Shown one piece after another: positions 47,194 to 57,145 of a DNA stretch of 64,000 bases (within the stretch, counting starts at the first letter, position 1; each line of letters opens with the position of its first letter). The position numbers and the translations under genes are program-made. Under the pieces are notes generated by a model that was given only the letters and a program-made list of their open reading frames with translations, was not told the origin of the DNA and did no database searches. The DNA is from Clostridia bacterium (GTDB lineage Bacteria > Bacillota > Clostridia > Christensenellales > UBA1242). The stretch is taken from positions 15,794 to 79,793 of the forward strand of contig JAZUAE010000001.1 in the NCBI GenBank assembly GCA_045637805.1, written 5' to 3'.

Positions 47194-47809
47194 TCTTATT
47201 TTCCTTTAAAAATTTGATAAACGTTTGCCTGTGAACAGGTGTTGCTCCATACTGCTTTAATGCTTGTATATGAACTGCTGTTCCATAACCTTTATGTTTT
47301 GCAAAACCATATTCTGGATACCTTGTATCCAGTTCTACCATAAATCTATCACGAGTGACTTTTGCAACAATACTTGCCGCTCCTATAGAGTAACTAAGAG
47401 CATCACCTTTTATTATAGCTTTTTCAGGAACATTGATTTGAAGCCCGTCAAGCGCATCTACTAGAACAATATCTGGCTTTATTTTTAAATTATTAATTGC
47501 ATTTGTCATACATTTTTTAGTCGCTTGCAAAATATTTATTTCATCAATTACTTTCTCATCAACAAATTCAATGCTTACAGCAATGGCTTTTTCTAGAATT
47601 TTATCATAGAGTAATTCACGTTTCTTTTCGGATAATTTTTTGCTATCATCTATGCCTTCGATTATTTCATCAAGAGGCATAATAACTGCAGCACAAACAA
47701 CAGGACCAGCTAAAGGTCCACGACCTACTTCATCTGCACCAGCAATAAGATTATATCCTTGGCTTACAAGCTCTTTTTCATACTTTAATTTGTCTATTAT
47801 GTCACGCAT
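47186..47809 (-). CDS. rnhB: ribonuclease HII
   Basis: GADEVGRGPLAGPVV, DSKKLS and ASI.AKV.RD motifs. Confidence 0.95.
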   Translation of the reverse strand: MRDIIDKLKYEKELVSQGYNLIAGADEVGRGPLAGPVVCAAVIMPLDEIIEGIDDSKKLSEKKRELLYDKILEKAIAVSIEFVDEKVIDEINILQATKKCMTNAINNLKIKPDIVLVDALDGLQINVPEKAIIKGDALSYSIGAASIVAKVTRDRFMVELDTRYPEYGFAKHKGYGTAVHIQALKQYGATPVHRQTFIKFLKENKNA

Positions 47810-47813
47810 AGCA

Positions 47814-48641
47814 CTACTCCAAAGATATACGGCCTATTCTACCACTTCTAAAGTCAGAAATAATCATTTTTCCCAAACGTAAATAATCAACTTCTCCACG
47901 AGCAAGACAACCCATATTTTTTCCAACTGTATCGTAGATATCTATTTCCTCGCCGTCTAAATTTGTAAGACGATATCTTTCTTTAATAGCATTTGGTGCA
48001 ATTTTTAAAAGCTTTTTGAATAGCTTAAAACCAACTTCTTCTAAATCTAAAATATCATCTTTGATTGAACCTATATATGCTAAAGTGTCCGCAACATATT
48101 GTTCTTTCATGTCTGGAAGTAATACACCTGGCGTATCTAGCATAACAAAATCGTCACCAGCTTTAACCCAACTTGAAGACCTTGTAACTCCGGCCTTATC
48201 CCCAACCATTACTTTTTTATTTCCACATAACATATTTATAATTGTAGATTTTCCAGTATTTGGAACACCTATAACCATTATCTTGTGTTGACGCTTTATA
48301 GTCTTTTCTTTTAATCTTTCAATTTTTTCTTTTAGCAAATTATAGAGAGATTCAAATAATAGTTTTCGTTTTGCATTATCATTGCTGAAAATTAAGGCTA
48401 TTTTACCTTGTTTTTCGAGACTTTTAATTGCTTCCTGGCATTTACCCATATCAGCCAAATCACTCTTGTTTAACACATATAAAACAGGCTTGTGATCCAC
48501 TATTGTATCAATATTAGAATTAAGCGTGCTAAAAGGCGCTCTAGCATCTAGAACGTATATAACAATATCGCACATTTTTAGATTATTTCTAATCTCATCT
48601 TGGGCTTTTTTCATGTGCCCAGGAAACCAATTAATTTTCAT
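47814..48641 (-). CDS. rbgA: ribosome biogenesis GTPase A (YlqF/RbgA, circularly permuted)
   Basis: WFPGHM N-terminus. NKSDL (G4) precedes GVPNTGKST (G1), and DTPG is present. Confidence 0.93.
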   Translation of the reverse strand: MKINWFPGHMKKAQDEIRNNLKMCDIVIYVLDARAPFSTLNSNIDTIVDHKPVLYVLNKSDLADMGKCQEAIKSLEKQGKIALIFSNDNAKRKLLFESLYNLLKEKIERLKEKTIKRQHKIMVIGVPNTGKSTIINMLCGNKKVMVGDKAGVTRSSSWVKAGDDFVMLDTPGVLLPDMKEQYVADTLAYIGSIKDDILDLEEVGFKLFKKLLKIAPNAIKERYRLTNLDGEEIDIYDTVGKNMGCLARGEVDYLRLGKMIISDFRSGRIGRISLE

Positions 48642-49100
48642 CTATTCCTCACTATTACTATCTTTTTCTCTATAAGACATTCTTTGTTCACATCTACCAA
48701 ATGACCATTCTTTATTTTCAGCTACAACTCGCGTGTATGTCCGTGCAATTTCTTCGGTAGTTTGCTCCAAATGTAACATAAATTGATCGTAAGCAAACTT
48801 ATATGCAGGAGAATTTTTATCATCAAACGTAGAATCTAATAAACTTTCACAATATTGATCGAGTTTCCAAAGTTTAATATGACATAATTCATGAATCAAT
48901 ACTTGCTCTAAATTTTCCATTTTTGGGTTAAAAATATTTAAGTAAACAATCGCTGTTTTGTCTTCAACATCAACCTTTACATTACCTGTATTTTTCCAAT
49001 TTTTTTCTATAAATTCAAGTTTAATATGCCAGCCATCAAATTGAAATATGTCCAATAATTTTTCAAATTTATCTAATAATTCTTGTTTATTGTATTTCAT
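48642..49100 (-). CDS. hypothetical HExxH protein (putative small zinc metallopeptidase)
   Basis: 152-aa ORF with VLIHELCHIKLW. It is packed with 0-nt junctions between trmD (stop at 49101) and rbgA (ATG at 48641). I recognise no family. Confidence 0.55.
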   Translation of the reverse strand: MKYNKQELLDKFEKLLDIFQFDGWHIKLEFIEKNWKNTGNVKVDVEDKTAIVYLNIFNPKMENLEQVLIHELCHIKLWKLDQYCESLLDSTFDDKNSPAYKFAYDQFMLHLEQTTEEIARTYTRVVAENKEWSFGRCEQRMSYREKDSNSEE

Positions 49101-49775
49101 CTATTCCCCCATTAAATCTGGTCTTTTTTTCTTTGTTTCACTTAGAGCGTTATCCTTTTTCCAGTCTGCGACCTTTTTATGATCACCAGATACAAGCACA
49201 TCAGGAACTTTATATCCTAAAAAGTCTTGTGGTCTTGTATATTGCATGTGCTCAAGCATGCCTGAAGAGAAACTTTCCTCACCAGTACTTTCTTCACTGC
49301 CGAGAACTCCCGGAACAAATCGAAGAACACTATCAATTACAACCATTGCAGGCAATTCACCGCCGGTTAAAACATAATCCCCGATAGATAATTCTTCAAA
49401 ATTAAAGATATCAAGCACTCTTTGATCAACACCTTCATAATGCCCACAAAGGAAAATAATGTGTTTTTCTTTTGCCATGCCTTCAACCATACTTTGATTA
49501 AAAACCTTACCCTTTGGTGAAAGATATATTTTTTTTGCATTTTCATACCCATCAATAGATAACATTGCATCATAAATAGGCTGAACCATCATAAGCATTC
49601 CAGGTCCACCGCCAAAAGGATAATCGTCACACTTTTTGTGTTTATCTTTTGAAAAATCGCGGATATTAATAATATTTATGTTTATTAAATTTTTATCTAA
49701 CGCCTTTCCTAGTATGCTTGTTTTAAGAGGTGAAAACATCTCAGGAAAAAGTGTCAAAACATCTATTCTAATCAT
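49101..49775 (-). CDS. trmD: tRNA (guanine37-N1)-methyltransferase
   Basis: 224 aa. LTLFPEMF, DD.P(F/Y)GGG.GM and GGELPAMV motifs. Confidence 0.95.
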   Translation of the reverse strand: MIRIDVLTLFPEMFSPLKTSILGKALDKNLININIINIRDFSKDKHKKCDDYPFGGGPGMLMMVQPIYDAMLSIDGYENAKKIYLSPKGKVFNQSMVEGMAKEKHIIFLCGHYEGVDQRVLDIFNFEELSIGDYVLTGGELPAMVVIDSVLRFVPGVLGSEESTGEESFSSGMLEHMQYTRPQDFLGYKVPDVLVSGDHKKVADWKKDNALSETKKKRPDLMGE

Positions 49776-50271
49776 GAGTTTTCACCTCAAAAAATATTTT
49801 TTTATCAAGCACAAGTACACCATTCTCAAAAGATATCACTAGTCCATCAATATTTGGAACAATTAAATTAGTGTACTTTTGAGATTTTATAAAGATTAAA
49901 TCACTAGCACCGTAGTTTTCTACGCTAATAAGATTACCTATTTCTTGTCCATCTGTAAGCACAACTCTGGCATCTTCAAGTTCACTTACTAAAATTTCAT
50001 TAGCCTCTTTAGACTGCAAATAATAATCTTTAGAAATTTTAATATCCTTTCTTCTAAGAACATTTACAGCATCGAGTGAATCAATTCCTTGAAGTTTTAA
50101 CACCACTTCTCCGCCTGCAAGAAAAGAATCTTCAATATTATAAAAGTTTTCATCAATAAAAACGCCATCTATTGCATTATAATCGATTTCATCTCTTGTT
50201 TCAGTTCTTAATTTCATTGCACCTTTATAGCCATGCGGTTTTACGACTTTTGCGATTGTAACTTTTTCCAT
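49768..50271 (-). CDS. rimM: 16S rRNA processing protein RimM
   Basis: 167 aa. I(A/G)K(V/I).K.HG.KG N-terminus and a PRC barrel, upstream of trmD. Confidence 0.9.
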   Translation of the reverse strand: MEKVTIAKVVKPHGYKGAMKLRTETRDEIDYNAIDGVFIDENFYNIEDSFLAGGEVVLKLQGIDSLDAVNVLRRKDIKISKDYYLQSKEANEILVSELEDARVVLTDGQEIGNLISVENYGASDLIFIKSQKYTNLIVPNIDGLVISFENGVLVLDKKIFFEVKTHD

Positions 50272-50282
50272 ATTTATTCCTT

Positions 50283-50309
50283 ATAAAAACAAGAGAGTTC
50301 TACTCTCTT
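50283..50309 (-). terminator. intra-operon hairpin plus T-tract between ylqC and rimM
   Basis: The minus strand reads AAGAGAG-TAGAA-CTCTCTT-GTTTTTAT, overlapping the ylqC stop codon. The rimM SD follows directly. Confidence 0.5.
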
Positions 50310-50550
50310 ATTCTTTATCAATTTTAATATTAACTCTGAAGTTGTCTTTTTTACCGATAGTACGAACAACCATGCGAATAGCATTAGCCACTTTACCATT
50401 TCGACCGACAACCTTACCTATATCAGCCTCAGACACAATAACCTTGCAATCAACATTGTTGCCGTTTTGCTCGCAAGTAATATTAACACTATCAGTGTCT
50501 TCAACTAGATTTTTAATAATAAAATCTACTGCATTTTTAACATTTTCCAT
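50308..50550 (-). CDS. ylqC: KH-domain RNA-binding protein (YlqC/UPF0109)
   Basis: 80 aa. IGKVVGRNGKVANAIR is a KH GxxG motif, and the gene lies between rpsP and rimM. Confidence 0.88.
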   Translation of the reverse strand: MENVKNAVDFIIKNLVEDTDSVNITCEQNGNNVDCKVIVSEADIGKVVGRNGKVANAIRMVVRTIGKKDNFRVNIKIDKE

Positions 50551-50568
50551 AACAGATACCTCTAGTTA

Positions 50569-50835
50569 TTACTTCTTTTCTGCTTTGTTTTTTGGAGCTA
50601 TAACACCGTTTTTAACTAAAATAGCTTTTACAGTGTCTGTAGGTTGAGCACCATTAGCGATCCATTTTGCAGCTTTTTCATTGTCAAGTTTAACGCCTTC
50701 TTCAACAAGTGGGTTGTATGTACCAACAAGGTCAATGTAAGCGCCATCTCTTGCTTTTTTAGAATCTGCAATAACGATACGATAGAAAGGTGATTTTTTA
50801 TCTCCCATTCTTGTAAGTCTCATCTTTACTGCCAT
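50569..50835 (-). CDS. rpsP: 30S ribosomal protein S16
   Basis: [22 protein letters not shown]...RDG N-terminus. Confidence 0.96.
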   Translation of the reverse strand: MAVKMRLTRMGDKKSPFYRIVIADSKKARDGAYIDLVGTYNPLVEEGVKLDNEKAAKWIANGAQPTDTVKAILVKNGVIAPKNKAEKK

Positions 50836-50889
50836 TTTTCATTCCCTCCATTTCAAATTATCATAAAACAGATTTGTCTGTTGTATGTC

Positions 50890-52212
50890 CTATCTTCTAC
50901 CACCAAGCAAACGTTGAAGTTTTGGACTATTCATATTCTTCATCATCGCTTTGGTTTGTTCAAATTGCTTCAAAAGTGAGTTTACTTCCTGAATTGAAGT
51001 ACCACTACCTGCTGCAATTCGTTTTCTTTGGCTCGCTTTTATTTCGTCAGGATTGAGCCTCTCCCTCATAGTCATAGACTGAATAATTGCCTTGTAAACT
51101 TTAATTTTACTTTCGTCAATATCATCTGGCCTAATTTTCATACCTAAACCCGGAATCATTGCAATAAGGTCTGACAAGTTACCCATTTTTGATAGCTGCT
51201 CAAACTGTGTTAAGAAATCATCAAGAGTAAACGTGTTTTTGCGCATATTTTCTTCGAGTTTCTTCATTTTTTCTTGATCTAGGTTTTCCTGCGCCTTTTC
51301 AATCAATGTAAGCACATCACCCATTCCAAGAATTCTTGATGCAATTCTATCAGGATAGAAAGGTTCAAGGTCGGTAAGTTTCTCACCTATACCGCAGAAC
51401 TTGATAGGTTTTCCGGTAACAGCTTTTACTGAAAGAGCTGCACCGCCTCTGGTATCGCCGTCCATTTTTGTAAGGATTGTACCGGTTATTCCAAGCTTTT
51501 CATCAAATTCTTTTGCGATTGTTACAGCATCTTGACCGGTCATAGCATCTATGTTAAGCAAAATTTCATTAGGTTTAACAGCTTTCTTTATATCTGCAAG
51601 TTCGTCCATAAGTTTCTCATCAATATGCAATCTACCTGCAGTATCGATAATTACTATGTCGTAACCCTTTTGCTTAGCATATTTTATAGCATCTTCTGCT
51701 GTTTTAACAGGATTAGCTGTACCTTTCTCAAACACCTCCATCTGGATAGATGATCCAAGTGTTTTAAGCTGAGAAATAGCTGCTGGTCTATATATATCAC
51801 AAGCAACAAGTAATGGTTTTTTACCTTGCTTTTTTAAATGCAAACCAAGTTTGCCACACATTGTTGTTTTACCAGCACCTTGAAGACCACACATTAAAAT
51901 TACAGTTGGAGGTGCTGATGCTATTTCAATTTTAGCATTACCGCCGCCCATAAGTTCAATAAGCTCTTCATTTACAATTTTAACGACCATCTGACCTGGC
52001 GTTAAACTTGTCATAATATCGCTACCTATAGCCTTATCAGTAACTTTCTTGACAAAATCTTTGGCAACTAAAAAGTTTACGTCAGCCTCTAAGAGTGCAA
52101 CACGAATTTCACGCATAGCTTCTTTGATTTCAAGTTCTGTAAGCTTTCCACGTTTAGTTAATTTAGAAAATACGTGATTAAGTTTTTCACCTAAACTTCC
52201 AAAAATTGCCAT
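50890..52212 (-). CDS. ffh: signal recognition particle protein Ffh
   Basis: 440 aa. GLQGAGKTT, DTAGR and a Met-rich M domain. Confidence 0.96.
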   Translation of the reverse strand: MAIFGSLGEKLNHVFSKLTKRGKLTELEIKEAMREIRVALLEADVNFLVAKDFVKKVTDKAIGSDIMTSLTPGQMVVKIVNEELIELMGGGNAKIEIASAPPTVILMCGLQGAGKTTMCGKLGLHLKKQGKKPLLVACDIYRPAAISQLKTLGSSIQMEVFEKGTANPVKTAEDAIKYAKQKGYDIVIIDTAGRLHIDEKLMDELADIKKAVKPNEILLNIDAMTGQDAVTIAKEFDEKLGITGTILTKMDGDTRGGAALSVKAVTGKPIKFCGIGEKLTDLEPFYPDRIASRILGMGDVLTLIEKAQENLDQEKMKKLEENMRKNTFTLDDFLTQFEQLSKMGNLSDLIAMIPGLGMKIRPDDIDESKIKVYKAIIQSMTMRERLNPDEIKASQRKRIAAGSGTSIQEVNSLLKQFEQTKAMMKNMNSPKLQRLLGGRR

Positions 52213-52221
52213 TCTTGCTCC

Positions 52222-52554
52222 TTATAAATTCTTTTTTAGTTTTTCTAAAGTTTTTCTAATCTCGTCCTCTTTTCCAGCAAAAGAAGTAAGGTTTAAGATT
52301 TCATCAATCATTTGATTATTTTGTTCAAAATGTGATTTTAATTTTAATTTTTCCTCTAAGTTATACAGCTGCGCAGTAACAGACTTTATCGTATCCTTAG
52401 CTGCTTGACGAGTAAATCCCAAACTCTCACCGATTTCAGACAAACCAACATCTTCGTTTATATACATCTCAAAAACAGTACGTTGCTTTTCAGTTAAAAG
52501 ATTCGAGTATATATCAAATAATATTGTAAGATTTACCTTTTCTAAAACTTCCAT
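52222..52554 (-). CDS. ylxM: YlxM/UPF0122 putative helix-turn-helix protein
   Basis: LFD.Y..LLT.KQ....(M/Y)Y...D.SL.EI(G/A) pattern. I chose the start at 52554 (MEVLEK), with GGTGA 7 nt upstream. The gene lies between ftsY and ffh. Confidence 0.85.
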   Translation of the reverse strand: MEVLEKVNLTILFDIYSNLLTEKQRTVFEMYINEDVGLSEIGESLGFTRQAAKDTIKSVTAQLYNLEEKLKLKSHFEQNNQMIDEILNLTSFAGKEDEIRKTLEKLKKNL

Positions 52555-52630
52555 ACATTTATCACCATTTTTGTAAAGCAATTTTACTTTACATAGCAAT
52601 TATATGATAAATATTTATTGTTGTCAAGAG

Positions 52631-53530
52631 TTATTCAAAAATTGAGTCAACAAATTCTTTTGCATCGAAGTCTAGTAAATCATCTACGCTTTCGCCAACA
52701 CCGACAAATCTAACTGGTACATGATACTCGCCTGCAAGAGTAACCAAAATTCCACCCTTTGCAGTACCATCAAGTTTTGTAATTGCAATATCTGTTAAAC
52801 CAACTGCCTCATCAAACAACCTAACCTGTTCTAGAGCATTTTGTCCAGTTGTAGCGTCAATTACGATCATTTTGTGGTACTGAGCTTCACCATACTCGCG
52901 TTCTACAATCTTAGATATTTTCTTAAGCTCAAGCATTAAATTAGACTTATTATGTAATCTTCCAGCTGTATCAATTATCAAAACATCTGCTTTACGTGCT
53001 TTTGCAGCGCTAATACTATCAAATACGACTGCACCACTATCAGCACCTTGGCTATTTGTTACAATTTTAACCTTGCTTTTGTTTGCCCAAATCTCTAATT
53101 GATCACTAGCTGCTGCTCTAAAAGTATCAGCTGCGGCAAGCACAACCTTTTTTCCGGCCTTATCAAATCTACTTGCAAGTTTGCCTATGGTTGTGGTCTT
53201 TCCAACGCCGTTAACACCAACAACCATTAAAACCATAGGAAAATTAAATTTTTCAGGCATGTTTTCTTCCAAAATATCAACCATTATATTTTTGAGAAGA
53301 TCTTTACACTCATTTGTGGTTTTAATTTTTTCTTTTTTTGTTTTTTCACGGAGTGAACTTAATATTTCGTCAGTCGCTCCGCTTCCTATATCAGATGAGA
53401 GCAATATGTACTCTAACTCTTCATAGAAATCTTCATCAATGTCATTACCGGTGAAAATATATTTCAATTTTTCACCGAATGACTTTCTTGTTTTCTTCAT
53501 GCCCTCAACTAATCTTGAAAAAAATCCCAT
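52631..53530 (-). CDS. ftsY: signal recognition particle receptor FtsY
   Basis: 299 aa. GVNGVGKTTT, DTAGR and TKLDG motifs. Confidence 0.95.
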   Translation of the reverse strand: MGFFSRLVEGMKKTRKSFGEKLKYIFTGNDIDEDFYEELEYILLSSDIGSGATDEILSSLREKTKKEKIKTTNECKDLLKNIMVDILEENMPEKFNFPMVLMVVGVNGVGKTTTIGKLASRFDKAGKKVVLAAADTFRAAASDQLEIWANKSKVKIVTNSQGADSGAVVFDSISAAKARKADVLIIDTAGRLHNKSNLMLELKKISKIVEREYGEAQYHKMIVIDATTGQNALEQVRLFDEAVGLTDIAITKLDGTAKGGILVTLAGEYHVPVRFVGVGESVDDLLDFDAKEFVDSIFE

Positions 53531-53531
53531 A

Positions 53532-56500
53532 TTATTTTCCTTCTGCAGATTGTTTTACTGCATCGCTAAGTTTTACTGAAACCATTTTTGAAACGCCTTT
53601 TTCTTCCATCGTAACACCATACAAGCAATCAGCAAGTTCCATTGTAGGTTTTCTATGTGTAATAACAATAAACTGTGTATCTTTACTAAATCTTTGCAAG
53701 TATCTTGCAAATCTTTCAACATTTGCATCATCAAGTGCCGCCTCAATTTCGTCAAGTACACAAAACGGCATAGGACTAAGTTTTAATATTGCAAAAAGTA
53801 TTGCTATTGCAGTCAATGCCTTTTCACCGCCAGATAAAAGCGAAATACTTTGAAGTTTCTTTCCTGGCGGCTCAGCTTTAATATCAATACCACACTCAAG
53901 CAGACTCTCACCATTCTCAGTGTTAAGCGCAAGTTCAGCTTTACCACCACCAAAAAGCTCTGTAAATATTTTTTGGAAGTTTGCATTTATCTTATCAAAC
54001 TGATCCTTAAATTTGGTTTCCATTTCATTTGTTAATTCTTTTATAATTTTAACCAAATCTTTTTCAGCAGATTCCAAATCATCGCGCTGAGTACTCATAT
54101 CATCGTATCGCTCTTGAACAACTTTTAAATCCTCAATAGCATTAACATTTACAAATCCAAGTGCTTGAATTTGCCTTTTCACCTTTCCGCTTGTCACAAG
54201 AGAGGTTTGAAGGTCAAAGTCGGTCAATTTTAAACTTTGAGCCGATGCATAAGTTAATCCATATTCTTCCCAAACGCGTTCTTGCATAGCCTCAATGTCA
54301 GTATCAATATTTGCTAAACGCATTTCTTCTTTAAGTTTTCTATCGCCTACTCTTTGGATTTCGCCTGTAAGCTGCATTTTTCTAGTATCTGCTTCATTCA
54401 TTTTTAATTGCAACTCATTTTTATAATTGTCCATATTTGCGAGTTTATCACGAGTTTTTTGCAATTTTTCCATATTTTCAGCAAATACACTTTCTTTTGC
54501 GTAAGAATCTAAAACTTCTTGATATTCTGAAAGACTTGTTAAATTCTTTTGAAGTGCAAGCTTGTTTTCACGATATCTATAATTTGAAACGGCTAAATCT
54601 GAAGAAAATCTTTCAAGTTCACTTTCACATGACTCAATATTTGCATCAGCGGAAGCGCGTTTTACTTTGAGTTCAGTTATATTTTCATAGAGAACTTCGC
54701 GTTGTTTTTTAAGAACATCAAATCTACTACTTTGCTCATTTTTAGCAGAAGTTGCTTTAGATTTTTCCTCGGAAATCTCATCTTGCACACGAGAAGTGTC
54801 TTCGATTTTCTTATCAATTATTTCCAATCTATCAAGGAGAGATTCAATACTATATCCGATACTGCGTTCTTCCTTGTCTAAATCGTTAATTTGATACTCG
54901 ATAGATTCACGTTTTTCTTCTTCTTTTACAATTTCCACATCTCTTTCATGAACAGAAGTGTTAATTTTTATAATTTCGGCATTTAACGCCTCTTGACTAG
55001 ATAAAATCTTTTCAAGTTTTTTCGTAGTTTCTTCAATATCATTCTTTTGAACTTCTAATGCAGCAGATAAATCTTTAAGTTCTCTTTCACGGCTGATAAG
55101 ATTAGTTGACGTTTCTTTTCTACTACCACCAGTAACTGCACCATGAGGATTAATAATATCACCATCAAGGGTGACAATTTTTACCACGTATCCTGTTTTT
55201 TGCGACAAAGTAACAGCTGTTGATAAACTATCAACAATTACTGTTCCTCCAAGCAAATGATTAAATATAGGAGCAAACTTATTGTTAAAAGATATAAGTT
55301 CGCTTGCTACACCGATAACACCCGTCATATTCATTTTTGAACGTACACTATCTGGAACTGATCTTTCTTTTACTTCGCTTATAGGAAGAAATGTTGCTCT
55401 ACCAAAGTTGTTTTGTTTTAAGTAATTTACTAAAAACTTAGTATCTTCGTCGTTTTTGGTTACAATATTTTGTACACTTCCACCAAGAGCAAATTCAATA
55501 GCTACCTCATAAGATCTTGGAACTTGCATAAGCTTAGCGACAACACCCATTACCCTGCTTGAAATGTTTGAGTTAGTTTTTGCCTGCTCAAGTAAGCGCT
55601 TAACACTAACAATGAAACCTTCATTGTCTTCTTGCATTTCTTGTAAAACACGAGCTTTACTAAGTTTTGCATGGTAATCAACTTTCATATCATCTAGGGA
55701 CTTTGAAAGTTTATTGTATGCCTCATTCTCATTTTCTAACCTTGCAGAAATTTCAAGGAGTTTTGATTTTAATCCCTGTTTATCTTCCTCCAATTTTTCA
55801 AGTTTTGCATCTATTGACTTTTTGCCTACACTAAGCTCAGACTTAGATGCAACAATTTCATCTCTTCTTGTATTGAGCTCTTGATGTTTTTCAGATAAGA
55901 CATTTTTCTCAGCCGTAAGACTTGAAAGTGAAGATTTTACATCACCAAGTTTACTTGTTGCATTTAAAATTTCGTCACCACTTTCTTCAGCAGCAATTTC
56001 GCCAGCTGTAATTCTATCAACAACGCTCAAATATTCCTCGTTTATTTTAGCGATTTGTCTTTCAAGCTCAGATAAAATATCTCTTGTTTTTTCGAGAGAT
56101 ATATTCTTTTCTTCAATTATTTTCTGTAAAGATTCTTGTAAAACCTCATCTTGTTTAATCTCTGATTCAAGTTTTTTATTCTGTTCCTCAATGTTAGCTA
56201 TTTTTTCTTGAACAAGTTTTGCCTCGCCACTCTTTTTCTCAAGCGAAACAGTTAAATTTAATAATTCATCACGAAGAAAGGCAATTTTTTCATCAAGTTC
56301 ATTTATATTTTTAACACTTTCTTCGTATTTTACAAGTGCATCTTCTAAATCTTTTTGTTTTTGTTCAAGTTCCTCATTTATACCTGATAATAGATTAGCA
56401 ATCTCAGCCTTTGATGAACTTGCTGAGTCATATTGCGCAATATAAATATTAACCTCAAGAGACTTTAGTTGCTCTTTTAGTTCTAAAAATTTCTTTGCAT

Positions 56501-57131
56501 TTTCTGACTGTTTACTAAGAGGCTCAATTTGTTTTTCGAGTTCATAAATAATATCGTTAATACGAGTAAGGTTATCTCTCGTGCGTTCAAGCTTACGTTC
56601 AGCCTCAATTTTTCTACTCTTAAATCTACTAATTCCGGCAGCTTCTTCAAAAATAGTACGTCTATCTTCAGGTTTTGCTGAAATTAAACTGTCAATTTTA
56701 CCTTGACCGATAACACAATAACTATCCCTACCAAGCCCCGAATCACGCAGACAATCAAGTACGTCTTTTAAACGTACTGGACTTTTATTAATAGCATACT
56801 CACTTTCACCAGATCTATAAAGTTTACGAGATAAAACAACCTCACTATAGTCTAATGGAAATATCTTTTCCGTATTATCAAAAAATAATGAAACTTCACA
56901 ATACGACTCAGGTTTTCTAAGTTCTGTACCATTAAAAATAACATCTTGCATAGAAGATCCACGCATAGATTTGGCGCTTTGTTCACCCATTACCCAACGA
57001 ATTGAGTCTGCAACGTTACTTTTTCCGCAACCATTTGGACCAACAATACCAGTAATACCAGAGTCAAAATTAACTTCTAGTTTATCAGCAAACGATTTGA
57101 ATCCATGTATCTCCATTTTTTTAAATTTCAC
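53532..57131 (-). CDS. smc: chromosome segregation protein SMC
   Basis: 1199 aa. Walker A GPNGCGKSN, long coiled coils with a central hinge (GVASELI..), signature LSGGEKAL and Walker B CVLDEIEAALD. Confidence 0.97.
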   Translation of the reverse strand: MKFKKMEIHGFKSFADKLEVNFDSGITGIVGPNGCGKSNVADSIRWVMGEQSAKSMRGSSMQDVIFNGTELRKPESYCEVSLFFDNTEKIFPLDYSEVVLSRKLYRSGESEYAINKSPVRLKDVLDCLRDSGLGRDSYCVIGQGKIDSLISAKPEDRRTIFEEAAGISRFKSRKIEAERKLERTRDNLTRINDIIYELEKQIEPLSKQSENAKKFLELKEQLKSLEVNIYIAQYDSASSSKAEIANLLSGINEELEQKQKDLEDALVKYEESVKNINELDEKIAFLRDELLNLTVSLEKKSGEAKLVQEKIANIEEQNKKLESEIKQDEVLQESLQKIIEEKNISLEKTRDILSELERQIAKINEEYLSVVDRITAGEIAAEESGDEILNATSKLGDVKSSLSSLTAEKNVLSEKHQELNTRRDEIVASKSELSVGKKSIDAKLEKLEEDKQGLKSKLLEISARLENENEAYNKLSKSLDDMKVDYHAKLSKARVLQEMQEDNEGFIVSVKRLLEQAKTNSNISSRVMGVVAKLMQVPRSYEVAIEFALGGSVQNIVTKNDEDTKFLVNYLKQNNFGRATFLPISEVKERSVPDSVRSKMNMTGVIGVASELISFNNKFAPIFNHLLGGTVIVDSLSTAVTLSQKTGYVVKIVTLDGDIINPHGAVTGGSRKETSTNLISRERELKDLSAALEVQKNDIEETTKKLEKILSSQEALNAEIIKINTSVHERDVEIVKEEEKRESIEYQINDLDKEERSIGYSIESLLDRLEIIDKKIEDTSRVQDEISEEKSKATSAKNEQSSRFDVLKKQREVLYENITELKVKRASADANIESCESELERFSSDLAVSNYRYRENKLALQKNLTSLSEYQEVLDSYAKESVFAENMEKLQKTRDKLANMDNYKNELQLKMNEADTRKMQLTGEIQRVGDRKLKEEMRLANIDTDIEAMQERVWEEYGLTYASAQSLKLTDFDLQTSLVTSGKVKRQIQALGFVNVNAIEDLKVVQERYDDMSTQRDDLESAEKDLVKIIKELTNEMETKFKDQFDKINANFQKIFTELFGGGKAELALNTENGESLLECGIDIKAEPPGKKLQSISLLSGGEKALTAIAILFAILKLSPMPFCVLDEIEAALDDANVERFARYLQRFSKDTQFIVITHRKPTMELADCLYGVTMEEKGVSKMVSVKLSDAVKQSAEGK

Positions 57132-57145
57132 GTATATTACCTACC

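Noticed and set aside
53479-53853. A 124-aa plus-strand ORF spanning the ftsY/smc junction. Similar antisense ORFs lie at 24488-24895, 22560-23015, 21567-21986, 45874-46185, 57997-58365 and 2047-2379.
   Set aside because: All are antisense to strongly supported conserved genes. Their composition is biased (S/F/L/I-rich), and none has a recognisable motif or translation signal. Such ORFs are typical in long AT-rich genes.
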